Below, in pieces: positions 41,055 through 50,100 of a stretch of DNA of 64,000 nucleotides. Origin of the DNA: Escherichia phage vB_EcoP_PAS59; sequence record OQ921332.1; one strand, 5' to 3'. The notes under the pieces were generated by a model. That model was given only the letters and a program-made list of their open reading frames with translations, was not told the origin of the DNA and did no database searches. Each line of letters begins with the position of its first letter. The first letter of the stretch is position 1. Made by a program: the position numbers and the translations under genes.

Positions 41055-41113
41055 TAGTATACAAACCGCTCAAAGAGAGCAACAATCTTAAATCTATATA
41101 AGGAAATATTAAT

Positions 41114-41854
41114 ATGTCTATGATCCCTGAACTGTCTGTATCCCGTAAATCCAACTACGATGTAATCCCTGATGGTGAGTACGAAGCACGTATTGTTCGT
41201 GTTGTAGGTTTGGGTGTTCACAATCGTGACCCTTGGATTGACCCTAAGACCAAAGCAGTTACCCCTAAGAACCCAGCTTTCCGTATGGACTTAGCTTTTG
41301 AGCTGATTGGCGTAGATGCAACAGGGACTGATAATGAAGGCAAACCTCTGGACCCTCGTCCTGCTTGCCAGTTTAAATCTTTCGATGTAAACCCACGAGC
41401 TAAGAACTCTGGTATTCTAAATCTGATTAAAATGATCGACCCAAGTGTTCAAGCACTGAAAGGTGATTTGGGTTGGTTTAAAGATATGCTGTTAGGTCAG
41501 CCTGTTAACATTCTGGTTAACTCTTACACCAATAAAGCTGGTGAGAAGAAAAACTCCATTAAAAGCATCACTCCAATCCCGACTAAATATCGTGACGCGG
41601 TAGGTGCTCCTCGTAGTGAGTTGATCTTCTTCGAACCGTATGCTGAGACTGACGCTAACTTAGCTGCTTATCAAGCAATCTTCCCATTCCAACGTAACCT
41701 CTTGACTCAAGCTAACGATGCTAAGAATATCCCTCTGGCTGGTCGTGAAGTTACTAAAGCTTCTGATACTGAACAGAAAGATGCTACTCCAAGCATCCCT
41801 ACCATTAATGAAGAGCCGCAATCAACCTTTGAAGAGGATGATTCGCCTTTCTAA
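41114..41854 (+). CDS. Single-stranded DNA-binding protein (T7 gp2.5-like class)
   Basis: Acidic C-terminal tail ...FEEDDSPF, comparable to the SSB/gp2.5 tails; own promoter motif and terminator; replication-gene context. Confidence 0.6.
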   Translation: MSMIPELSVSRKSNYDVIPDGEYEARIVRVVGLGVHNRDPWIDPKTKAVTPKNPAFRMDLAFELIGVDATGTDNEGKPLDPRPACQFKSFDVNPRAKNSGILNLIKMIDPSVQALKGDLGWFKDMLLGQPVNILVNSYTNKAGEKKNSIKSITPIPTKYRDAVGAPRSELIFFEPYAETDANLAAYQAIFPFQRNLLTQANDAKNIPLAGREVTKASDTEQKDATPSIPTINEEPQSTFEEDDSPF

Positions 41855-41877
41855 GAATCTCTCCTTGTAACAGCTTA

Positions 41878-41900
41878 GCCACCTTCGGGTGGCTTTTTTC
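41878..41900 (+). terminator. Rho-independent terminator
   Basis: AGCACC-TTCG-GGTGGCT followed by TTTTTC. Confidence 0.75.
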
Positions 41901-41912
41901 GTTGGAGTTAAA

Positions 41913-42254
41913 ATGGAAAAGCTTCAAAACAATATAGGTTTTTTAATCTTCACAGCTCTGGTTTTCTTTGGTGGTGTCAAGTTTGAGCAATACAGAAGTG
42001 ATAGTAATGCTCTTGACCATGAGAAGAAACAGCAAGAGATTGAGGTTGAGAGAGCTAAGGCTGCTGATGAAGTGGCTCAGAAAGTTCTGACTGGTTTATC
42101 TAACTGGAAGAAGAACACGGAAACTATTTACAAAGAGATGCATTATGAAAAGACTAAGCCAGTTTTTTACAATGTGTGTGCTAGTGATGAGTATGTAGGA
42201 CTTTTCAATGAACGACAGCAACAAGCAGCGGAGGCACTGAAATTAAAGAATTAG
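41913..42254 (+). CDS. N-terminally anchored coiled-coil protein (i-spanin-like)
   Basis: TM segment IGFLIFTALVFFGGV, then a helical Gln/Glu/Lys-rich domain with one Cys near the C-terminus. Confidence 0.4.
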   Translation: MEKLQNNIGFLIFTALVFFGGVKFEQYRSDSNALDHEKKQQEIEVERAKAADEVAQKVLTGLSNWKKNTETIYKEMHYEKTKPVFYNVCASDEYVGLFNERQQQAAEALKLKN

Positions 42255-42736
42255 TTAAATATCTATCTTACAATGAGGTTTCTGGTCTTCTCTGCTGGAA
42301 ACAGTCTGAGGATAAGAGCGCTCAGTGGAATTCAAGATTCGCTGGAAAGGTGGCAGGTTGTAAAGCCACAGATGGCTATACAGTGATTACCTATCAATAT
42401 AAACAGTACAAAGCTCATAGAATTGCTTGGTATATCAAAACTGGAGAGATTCCTGATTTTCAAATAGACCATAAAGATTTAGACAAATCTAATAATTCTT
42501 GGAGCAATCTAAGAAGAGCAACACCTGTCCTTAATAATGCCAACAAAATAGTTCAAAAGAACTCTTTAACTGGAATAAAAGGTGTAGGGTACAGGTCGGA
42601 TATTAACAAATGGAGTGCTCGCATCGGATATCAAAACAAAGTAATTTGGCTTGGTTATCACAGCACTCAAGATGGTGCAGAAAATGCTTACAAAGAAAAA
42701 GCAAAAGAGTTGTTTGGTGATTTTTCTCGCTTCTAG
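42242..42736 (+). mobile_element. HNH (HNH_3) + AP2 homing endonuclease gene, probable ATT start
   Basis: The conserved N-terminus (I)KELVKYLSYNEVSGLLCWK lies upstream of GTG 42350 with no ATG/GTG/TTG; GGAGG lies 7 nt upstream of ATT 42242; AHRIAWY...IDHKDLDKSNNSWSNLR. Confidence 0.65.
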
Positions 42737-42950
42737 TTTGATGGCTTGTTCAACGAGCGACAACAGCAGGCAGCTAATGCCCTTACCAACAAACCTAAAA
42801 GCTGAATGTGATGTAGACCTCCCTTTACTTCAGAGTGGACAGGGAGTAGCACTTGCAACAACACTCGAGTGGTATCAGGACAATTATACAACCTGTGCCG
42901 CTAACCACAACGGTTTGCTTAAAGCTCTCAAGGAGAGAGGAATACAATGA
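42684..42950 (+). CDS. Predicted lipoprotein (o-spanin-like or exclusion lipoprotein)
   Basis: MLTKKKQKSCLVIFLASSLMA/C lipobox. Confidence 0.5.
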   Translation: MLTKKKQKSCLVIFLASSLMACSTSDNSRQLMPLPTNLKAECDVDLPLLQSGQGVALATTLEWYQDNYTTCAANHNGLLKALKERGIQ

Positions 42951-43171
42951 TCAGAGCGGAACTTACAATACCAGAAGGTGTTACTCAGTTTCATGCAGTA
43001 TGGGAACACAATAACCAAATCTTTGGTTGTACCTTCAAGTTCTTTATTAATGAAAATGGGTCTTATTGGGCTTATTATGTCCCTGAAGATGATATATGGT
43101 CTCGGATTGGGCATCCAAGTCAACACATTCCTTGCCCTGAAACAGCAATGTATTTATTCTGCGTAGTTTAA
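42947..43171 (+). CDS. Hypothetical protein
   Basis: ORF, ATGA-coupled. Confidence 0.55.
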   Translation: MIRAELTIPEGVTQFHAVWEHNNQIFGCTFKFFINENGSYWAYYVPEDDIWSRIGHPSQHIPCPETAMYLFCVV

Positions 43172-43195
43172 TATAAAGTAAGTTAAGGATGACTT

Positions 43196-43846
43196 ATGAA
43201 GAAAAAGACAACACCCACACGCTATCGTATTCATGGCATACCTATTAAATACTACCCAACCTTCGATGAATTCTATCGAGAGAATTGGAAAGTTGTGCAT
43301 AAGTATTTTATGTACGACATTAAAGATTATCACGAAGCAGAGGATGTTGCTCAGGAAGTGTTACTGAACTCTTGGCGTTTTGTATTTGCAAAGCAAGAAG
43401 AACTGCTGCTTACCGATGAAAAAGATATTGAACACATGACTTATCGTGTGAAGAATATCATCTGGTCGATTCGTTCTAATCGACAGACAGTTGGAGACAG
43501 ACGTATCTATTCTATTCCAGAGGCTGATATGTTTAGACCTCCCGAGATGAATTCATGGGAAAGTCCTTTAGAGATTGCTATGGATAAGCATGATTCTACT
43601 GGAGACCCATTCTTGGAATCTAGAATCTTTTTCTTCTTCCAAGACCTAAGTGATATTATGGAAAACCGCAAGATGGCAAGTATGTTCTCAATGCTCTTCC
43701 TCGGTATTCCTCATGATCACATCCAACAAGAGCTGGGAATTTCACACGGAACCTTCTATCGCCGTTATTCGGAGAATCGTGATCTGTATGAAGCGGTAGT
43801 AGAGAAGCACTTTGATAAAGAAGATCTTCAAGGGATGATTCAATAA
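43196..43846 (+). CDS. Phage-encoded sigma70-family (ECF-like) sigma factor
   Basis: Region 2-like [18 protein letters not shown]; C-terminal region 4 [23 protein letters not shown]. Confidence 0.6.
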   Translation: MKKKTTPTRYRIHGIPIKYYPTFDEFYRENWKVVHKYFMYDIKDYHEAEDVAQEVLLNSWRFVFAKQEELLLTDEKDIEHMTYRVKNIIWSIRSNRQTVGDRRIYSIPEADMFRPPEMNSWESPLEIAMDKHDSTGDPFLESRIFFFFQDLSDIMENRKMASMFSMLFLGIPHDHIQQELGISHGTFYRRYSENRDLYEAVVEKHFDKEDLQGMIQ

Positions 43847-44442
43847 TGAGTAAACCTTTAGTAGTAATCCTAAATGGACCTCCGGGTTGTGGTAAAGATA
43901 CAATCGCTAATGCTTGGTTAGAGAAGACAGCTGGTAACACTGAGTTTAGACCGCATGTAAAGGCTTTTAAGGAGCCTATGTATCGGGTGGCTGCTGCTGC
44001 ATTAGGTCTCCCTCTTTATGAGTTCATGGAGCTGTACAACGACCGTGAGTGGAAAGAACTTGTCCGTCCTGAATGGGGAGGTAAGTCAGTTCGAGATTTG
44101 ATGATTGCAACTAGCGAGAATTATCTGAAGCCTATGTTTGGTGAGACCTGCATGGGTAAACTTGCTGTTAGCAGTATCCAACAACATATCCCATCACAGA
44201 ATGATGTTATCGTCTTCTCTGATGGTGGTTTTAGAGCAGAAGTTGAAGAACTAGAGAGACACTTCCATGTTCGAGTAGTTCAGGTTCTCCGCGATGGCTG
44301 CTCCTTTGAAGGAGACTCCCGTTCTTATATTGAAGGAACAAACCTACCAACCTACCTCCTCTTTAATGACCGTTCTGTAGAAGAGGCAGTTGAGGATTTA
44401 GAGTGGATTATTGAAGGGACACGGAGAGATCTCTATGTCTGA
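43846..44442 (+). CDS. dNMP kinase (T4 gp1-like P-loop kinase)
   Basis: GPPGCGKDT P-loop; SVRDLM, FSDGGFRAE and GDSRSYIE resemble T4 gp1 landmarks. Confidence 0.55.
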   Translation: MSKPLVVILNGPPGCGKDTIANAWLEKTAGNTEFRPHVKAFKEPMYRVAAAALGLPLYEFMELYNDREWKELVRPEWGGKSVRDLMIATSENYLKPMFGETCMGKLAVSSIQQHIPSQNDVIVFSDGGFRAEVEELERHFHVRVVQVLRDGCSFEGDSRSYIEGTNLPTYLLFNDRSVEEAVEDLEWIIEGTRRDLYV

Positions 44443-45253
44443 TGTAATCTATCCTGAAGTGGCAATTGTGGATGCAGATGTTCTACGATATGAAGTCGGT
44501 GCTCTTACACAAGAGCATCCTTTTCTAGACACAGGTCGTGTTCCAGTTGATTATGGATTCTTGATTGAACGACTTCAACATAAAATAGATGTAATCATTG
44601 CAAGGTCTGGTTGCGAGAAAACAATCTTTTACTTCAGCGAAGGTGGTAATTTTCGGTTTGATATTGCTAAGCAGCAAGGCTATAAAGCTAATCGACCACC
44701 GGGAGAAAGACCTCACCACTGGCAAAATGTCAGTGATTACATTAAAGAGAATTACGAATACGTAGAAGTTTTTGGGAGAGAGGCGGATGATGCCCTAGCT
44801 GAAAGACAGAGACGTGATAAGAACACTATCATTTGCACCCGTGATAAAGATTTGTTAATCACTCCCGGATGGCATTACCGTTGGGCTTGCGGGGAGAGAC
44901 AGAAAGAAGTACCTCCTCACTATGTATCAGAGGAAGTAGCATGGCAGAACTTCTTCTACCAGATGCTGATCGGGGATAGCACAGATAACATTCCCGGATG
45001 CGGTGAGAAGGTTGAAATGATGTGGGGTGGCAATCTAGTAATGCGTCGTAAAGGCATTGGTAGTAAGGCTGCAATCAAACTTATTGAGAAGGTATTCGAT
45101 AAGTGGACTCTTTATCATATTATACGAATGGAATACTATAAAAGGTTCGAGGAAGAAGCAGAAGCTAAGATGTTAGAAAATGCTCGATTGCTCTTCGTTG
45201 GACAAGCTGAAGGTGACCTCTTTGATTGGTCATGGTTAAACAAGGAATGGTGA
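44435..45253 (+). CDS. 5'-3' exonuclease / flap endonuclease
   Basis: VDADVL..., YKANR, EADDALA, TRDKDL and GDSTDNIPGCG motifs. Confidence 0.8.
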   Translation: MSDVIYPEVAIVDADVLRYEVGALTQEHPFLDTGRVPVDYGFLIERLQHKIDVIIARSGCEKTIFYFSEGGNFRFDIAKQQGYKANRPPGERPHHWQNVSDYIKENYEYVEVFGREADDALAERQRRDKNTIICTRDKDLLITPGWHYRWACGERQKEVPPHYVSEEVAWQNFFYQMLIGDSTDNIPGCGEKVEMMWGGNLVMRRKGIGSKAAIKLIEKVFDKWTLYHIIRMEYYKRFEEEAEAKMLENARLLFVGQAEGDLFDWSWLNKEW

Positions 45254-45741
45254 TCTTGGATAGAGAAGAGTTAAAAAGGCTTCTCAAGTATGATCCAAAT
45301 AGTGGTCAGTTTACTTGGAAAGTTAAGAAAGGTAGGAAGAATGTTGGAGATGCGGCTGGATGCTTTTATGGAAAACATAGATACCGCTGCATCAAGTTAA
45401 ATCAAATATTGTATCAATCTCATAGACTTGCATACCTTTACATGGAAGGTTACATTCCTGATTGTGTAGACCACATAGACGGAGACCCTTCTAATAACAA
45501 GTGGTGCAATCTAAGAGAAGCAACTTTAAGTCAGAATCAGTGGAACAGAAAGATCTCTATAAACTGCACTTCCGGAATCAAGGGAGTCTCTTTCCATAAA
45601 AGAGCTAATAAGTGGAGAGCTATTATTGGAGTGTCTGGGAAATCTATCCATCTAGGGTATTATGCAACTAAAGAAGAGGCTGAAGAAGCCCTGAGACTGA
45701 AAAGAGAAGACCTACACTTAGGCTTTCATCGTCACAAATAA
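45232..45741 (+). mobile_element. HNH (HNH_3) + AP2 homing endonuclease gene
   Basis: SHRLAYLYMEGYIPDCVDHIDGDPSNNKWCNLR; GIKGVSFHKRANKWRAIIG; start uncertain (45232 or 45247). Confidence 0.75.
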
Positions 45742-45764
45742 AACTTGGGAATAAGGATATTATA

Positions 45765-45956
45765 ATGGGTAAATTTGACTATCGTTCGTATGATGAAAAC
45801 TTCTCTACTCGCGAATCTCGTAAAGATCAAAAGATTAAGCACCAAGCATTTGATCGTCGCACAGGTCGTATCCCTCGTGCTGATAAAGAATCACACCGAG
45901 TCAATAAACGCATTTGGGAAGACGCTGATATGGATGTAGGTTATGGCGAAAGCTGA
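45765..45956 (+). CDS. Small basic protein
   Basis: ORF after AAGGA. Confidence 0.55.
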   Translation: MGKFDYRSYDENFSTRESRKDQKIKHQAFDRRTGRIPRADKESHRVNKRIWEDADMDVGYGES

Positions 45957-46347
45957 GAAGACAAGATGCTCTGGTCAGTGGACTGAAGCACGTTATAACT
46001 CCTTCATTAAGTCAGGGATTCGTTCTCTGACTAGGAAATGGAAACCTATGTTTGATTCTCTCAAAGAGGCTCAGACAGAACGTAAAATCAACCCTAAAAC
46101 TGGCAAACTGGCAATGCACTATAAGTGTGCTATGTGTGGTAATGATTCTCCTCTTAAAGACGTAGCAGTAGACCATATAGAGCCTATTGTTCCAGTGGAC
46201 CATGAAGCTACTTGGGATGAAATCATCGAGAGGGCTTTAGTTGAGAAAGATGGTTTTCAAGTCTTATGCAAAGAGCCTTGCCATAAGATAAAAACTAAGG
46301 AAGAGAATGATGCAAGACGTGAATTTAAAAAATCTAGAGACTCCTGA
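45943..46347 (+). CDS. HNH endonuclease (small, Zn-binding)
   Basis: CAMCGN...VDHIEPIVP...VLCKEPCHKIKT. Confidence 0.7.
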   Translation: MAKAEKTRCSGQWTEARYNSFIKSGIRSLTRKWKPMFDSLKEAQTERKINPKTGKLAMHYKCAMCGNDSPLKDVAVDHIEPIVPVDHEATWDEIIERALVEKDGFQVLCKEPCHKIKTKEENDARREFKKSRDS

Positions 46348-46609
46348 AGAAAAGGAAGTCTTTGAATCCATGAACAAGGAAAGCACAAATGATCAAGTAT
46401 CTACGAAACAAGTTCTTCGCTTTAGCTATCGTAATTGGAGAGGCGAGATTGCAGACCGCTCCGTTATTCCTATACGAACCTCAGTTGCTTCTTCCCGTTA
46501 TCATAATGGGGGCAAACCTTGTTGGATAATGACCGCTTGGGACAATGACAAGAATGACATTCGAGAGTTTAAGCTCTCTGATATTATTAAGTATTATGAT
46601 TTAATCTAG
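46307..46609 (+). CDS. Small protein with a WYL-like pattern
   Basis: RFSYRNWRGEIADRSVIPIRT...WIMTAWDNDKNDIREFKLSDI (by eye); start uncertain. Confidence 0.45.
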   Translation: MMQDVNLKNLETPEEKEVFESMNKESTNDQVSTKQVLRFSYRNWRGEIADRSVIPIRTSVASSRYHNGGKPCWIMTAWDNDKNDIREFKLSDIIKYYDLI

Positions 46610-46617
46610 GAGGTCTT

Positions 46618-47121
46618 ATGAATGAAGAGAAGTGGACCCATTTTCTATACTCCTCTGAATCTCCTTCTGGATTTCTCTGGAGGAGTAAACCAGCCCCTTT
46701 TGTAAAAATAGGAAGCGTGGTAGGTACGAAAAACAAGAAAGGTTATTGGGAAATCAACACCAAAAACTCTGGAAGAATTAAAGCTCATCGGTTGGTTTGG
46801 GAGTACCATAATGGACCTATCCCAGAAGGGTTTTTGGTAGACCACATAGATAATAACCTAGACAACAATACAATAGAAAATCTTAGACTTTGTAATGCGA
46901 AGGAAAGTGCTAGGAATACTAGAGGTTGGAGCAGTAAAAGAGATTCTTTACCTAAAGGTATTCATGACAACTCTCATGGAGGAAAGAATCCGGGATACTA
47001 CCAAGCTCGAATTTACATATCAGGTAAATCTTACACGAAATCTTCATACGATATCTTATATTTACACAGATGGCTTAAGAGTAAAAGAGAGGAACATCAT
47101 GGAGAGTTTAAAAAAGATTGA
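46618..47121 (+). mobile_element. HNH (HNH_3) homing endonuclease gene
   Basis: KAHRLVWEYHNGPIPEGFLVDHIDNNLDNNTIENLRL. Confidence 0.75.
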
Positions 47122-47154
47122 TGAATTCGATGGATTCTAACATCTAGAAATAAA

Positions 47155-47190
47155 GAAGCCCCCTTCCTTTTCAGGTTGGGGGCTTTTCTC
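47155..47190. terminator. Bidirectional terminator between the convergent + and - gene blocks
   Basis: AGCCCCC-N14-GGGGGCT with T-runs on both strands. Confidence 0.75.
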
Positions 47191-47193
47191 GTT

Positions 47194-50100
47194 TTACTCC
47201 TTAGCTCGAACTCTAACACGGAGTTTAGCTTGACGCTTACTTCTCTCCAACTTGTCAGACAGAGAACCACGTTTGACTTTCAACTCTCCCTCGTCATTAT
47301 ACTTCTCCAAGAACTGTAAATACTCTTGTCGAGTAGTTGTCTTGTAAGAAGGAATCTTAGCATTAGGATTCGCTTCAATCACACGTCTAATCTTAGCTAC
47401 ATCATCCCTCCCTAAAAGTTTCCCTTTAGCTTGTTCTGCTGTAGAACCAAAGATCTTCTCAAGTGCTCGAGATTTGTTACCACCTGCCGAAGCAGCACCA
47501 AGTTTCGCAATAGCAGAATAATCATCAGCACTAAACCAAGCCACTGGATTATCTCCATAACGTTTCTTGTTCTCAGCAGCAGTCTGTAGAGCACGCACAA
47601 ATCGACGGTTGTTACCAGCCTTATCTGCACCATGAACCCTATCTAGAACCTCTGCAACACTCGCCAACTCCTGCAAGTCTTTCCCTTCAATAAAAGCTTT
47701 CTCTGCTTTGTTAGCAAAGTCGTCTTCCTGCTTCTTAATACTTTCAAGAATATCAGAGTTAGCCTGAGATCTTTCATCCTCAGGTAGAGCCGAACGAATC
47801 TTCTCCATTTCTTTCTCTTCATCTAAAAGTTTCTTAAAGTCAGAATCAACTTTACGAGCATCTTCGATAGCTTTTGATGTTTCTGCATCAAGGTCAGAAG
47901 TTTTCCCATCTGCATCACCAGTTGCCTTAGCAATCTCTCTTTCGATTGGAGTAGCTGTTTCATACTTCTTAACAAACTTCTCTACGTCAGATTCGATACG
48001 AGCACGAGCATTCTGATGTTCCACTGGAGTCATAGGTTTCTCTAACAAAGCATACCGATTGTCCATATAAGAACCAGCATACGCTTCAGCATCCTCCCTA
48101 GAAACCCCCTTCTCTTCCAAAGTGTTGACTAAACGCTTATGAATGTCGTCACGTTGACGTTGAACTGCCATTAGGTCATTCTCTCGTTCCTGAGCTTCTT
48201 TCAGAGCCTTATCTCTCTTCACTCTAGAATCAATATCAAACCTACGGTTCATTTCCTCAGCCTGTTCATACATCCTATTCCACTTAGCCTCACGAGCATC
48301 TTCCTCTGCTTCGGTCAAACGACGTTTGCGATCGAGGTAATCACTCTCAGCGTTGTGAATACGTTCAATAATACTACGGAAACGCTCTGGTGGTACTGGA
48401 GAGTTTTTATCATGGTGAGCAGCAAGCTGCTTCAAAGTACGACCTTCCTGAGCTTCTCTGACACTTTCAGGCAATTCTTTGAACATCTTCTCCATCTCGG
48501 ACTTCTGAGCCGCTATAGCTTCCAAGGACTGCTTTTCAGCTTCCATAGCTGCCTTGGCATCATTACGAGCCTTAGCTCTGTTACGGAGCGTCTCAAGACG
48601 TTCTTGACGTGCTTGCAAGTGTTTAGCCGCTGCTTCGTATTGAGAGTTCTTGTTAGCCTTGTTGAACATGTTAACTTCTCGGTTATATGTATTGATAAAC
48701 CCATCCCACACATCCTTCATTTGACCAACTTCCAAAGCCTCAACCCTTCCAGCTTTCTCTGAAGATTTAAACTTACTCTCCACGAAGTCTTCCATAATCC
48801 TACGCATAGCATCTTTCTGAGCAGGACGTAACGGTTCTGCATCAAGCAGTGTACCAATTTCATCCTGAAGCTCTTTCTTCTGATCTACCAGTTTAGGAGC
48901 ATCTTTCTTGTCAAAAGCTTTATTCTCTTCCAGAGCCTCTCGATAGAGACGGTCAAATTCATCATCTCTCTGTTTCTGATATAAACGCTCAGCTCTTCGT
49001 TTCAGTGAGTCTAGACTTGTGACGTTTCCACCCAAACCCTTCTCTTCAGCACGTAAAGCCTTAGTAGCAATATCAGAAGGCAACCCACGCTCTTTTACCC
49101 AATCAGCAAAAGAAGAACGAACATGTTGAGACTTAGCAGAAGCAATACCTTGCTGTGAAGCTAGCTGGTTTCTAGCCATCTCTTCATGACGCTGTGTGTT
49201 GTTTGCTTGGTCTTCCTGACGGATACGACGCATAAGCTCTTTAGGGTCTCCTTTATAAGAAAGGAAGTTTTCCGCAGTAGCTTTGGCTTTAGCAGCAGCC
49301 GAATACAAAGAACGAGCAAATCGGTCAGCACGATCTTTTGTTGCCTGACGGGCAGCAGTTGACATAGAAGCCAGACGCTCTACACCGAGTGATGGTTTAA
49401 CAGGCTCAGGAGCCTTCTCAGGAGCTTTGGGCGCACGAGCAGGTAATGGCTCAGGTTTCTCTTGAGGTTCCTCTACGGTCTTCTCAGGAGCTTCTTTAGC
49501 ACGTTCTGCTTCCTCTGCTTCTTGACGTTTCTTCGCTTCTGCTACAGCTCTGCGCTGAGCTACTAGTTCTCTTGCTGTCAGTGCTTCTTGCTGTGGTTCA
49601 GGTTCTGGAGTAGTGCTTTCTTGAGCCTGAGCAGCTTCCGCTTCTTGACGTCTAAGTTCTGCTTGTTGTAGAGCACGTCTTTGAGCAACTAAATCTCTTG
49701 CCGTAAGAGGTGTTTCAGTAGGAGCTGGAGAGGAAGGAATTTCTTCCGTCACAGTAGTAGCAGAAGGCTCCTCACGAACCGGTTCGGAAGGGGCATCATT
49801 TTGGGTACGGAATTTGATGTCTTCTGTGGTTGGTTCTTCTTCCATTTTTGCTCTTGCTTCTTCGGCTTGAGTTCTAGCTCGTTGTACTTCTAAATCCGCT
49901 CTAGCCAAAGAACGAATAGCTTCACTATTAGCTGACTGTTGTTTCTCTCGTTGAGCACGAGCACGATCAGAAGTGAAACGATTAAGTACATACTTAGCCG
50001 CACCAAGAGGATTCTTAACCAAGACAGGAGCTGGAGCTTCACGGAAACCATCATCAGTCAGAGAGGTCCAACCGCGATCTTGGTTGCTCATGAACTTAGC

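Noticed and set aside
28476-44442. Possibility that dcd, thyX, the dNMP kinase and the amidoligases form a thymidine or cytosine DNA-hypermodification pathway
   Set aside because: I saw no ThyA-type dUMP/dCMP hydroxymethylase, no 5-hmdU DNA kinase / aGPT-pyrophosphorylase-like gene, and no glycosyltransferase or DpdA/QueC-type gene. ThyX, dcd and a kinase are ordinary dTTP-supply functions. DNA modification by the amidoligase operon cannot be excluded, but nothing in the sequence specifically supports it.
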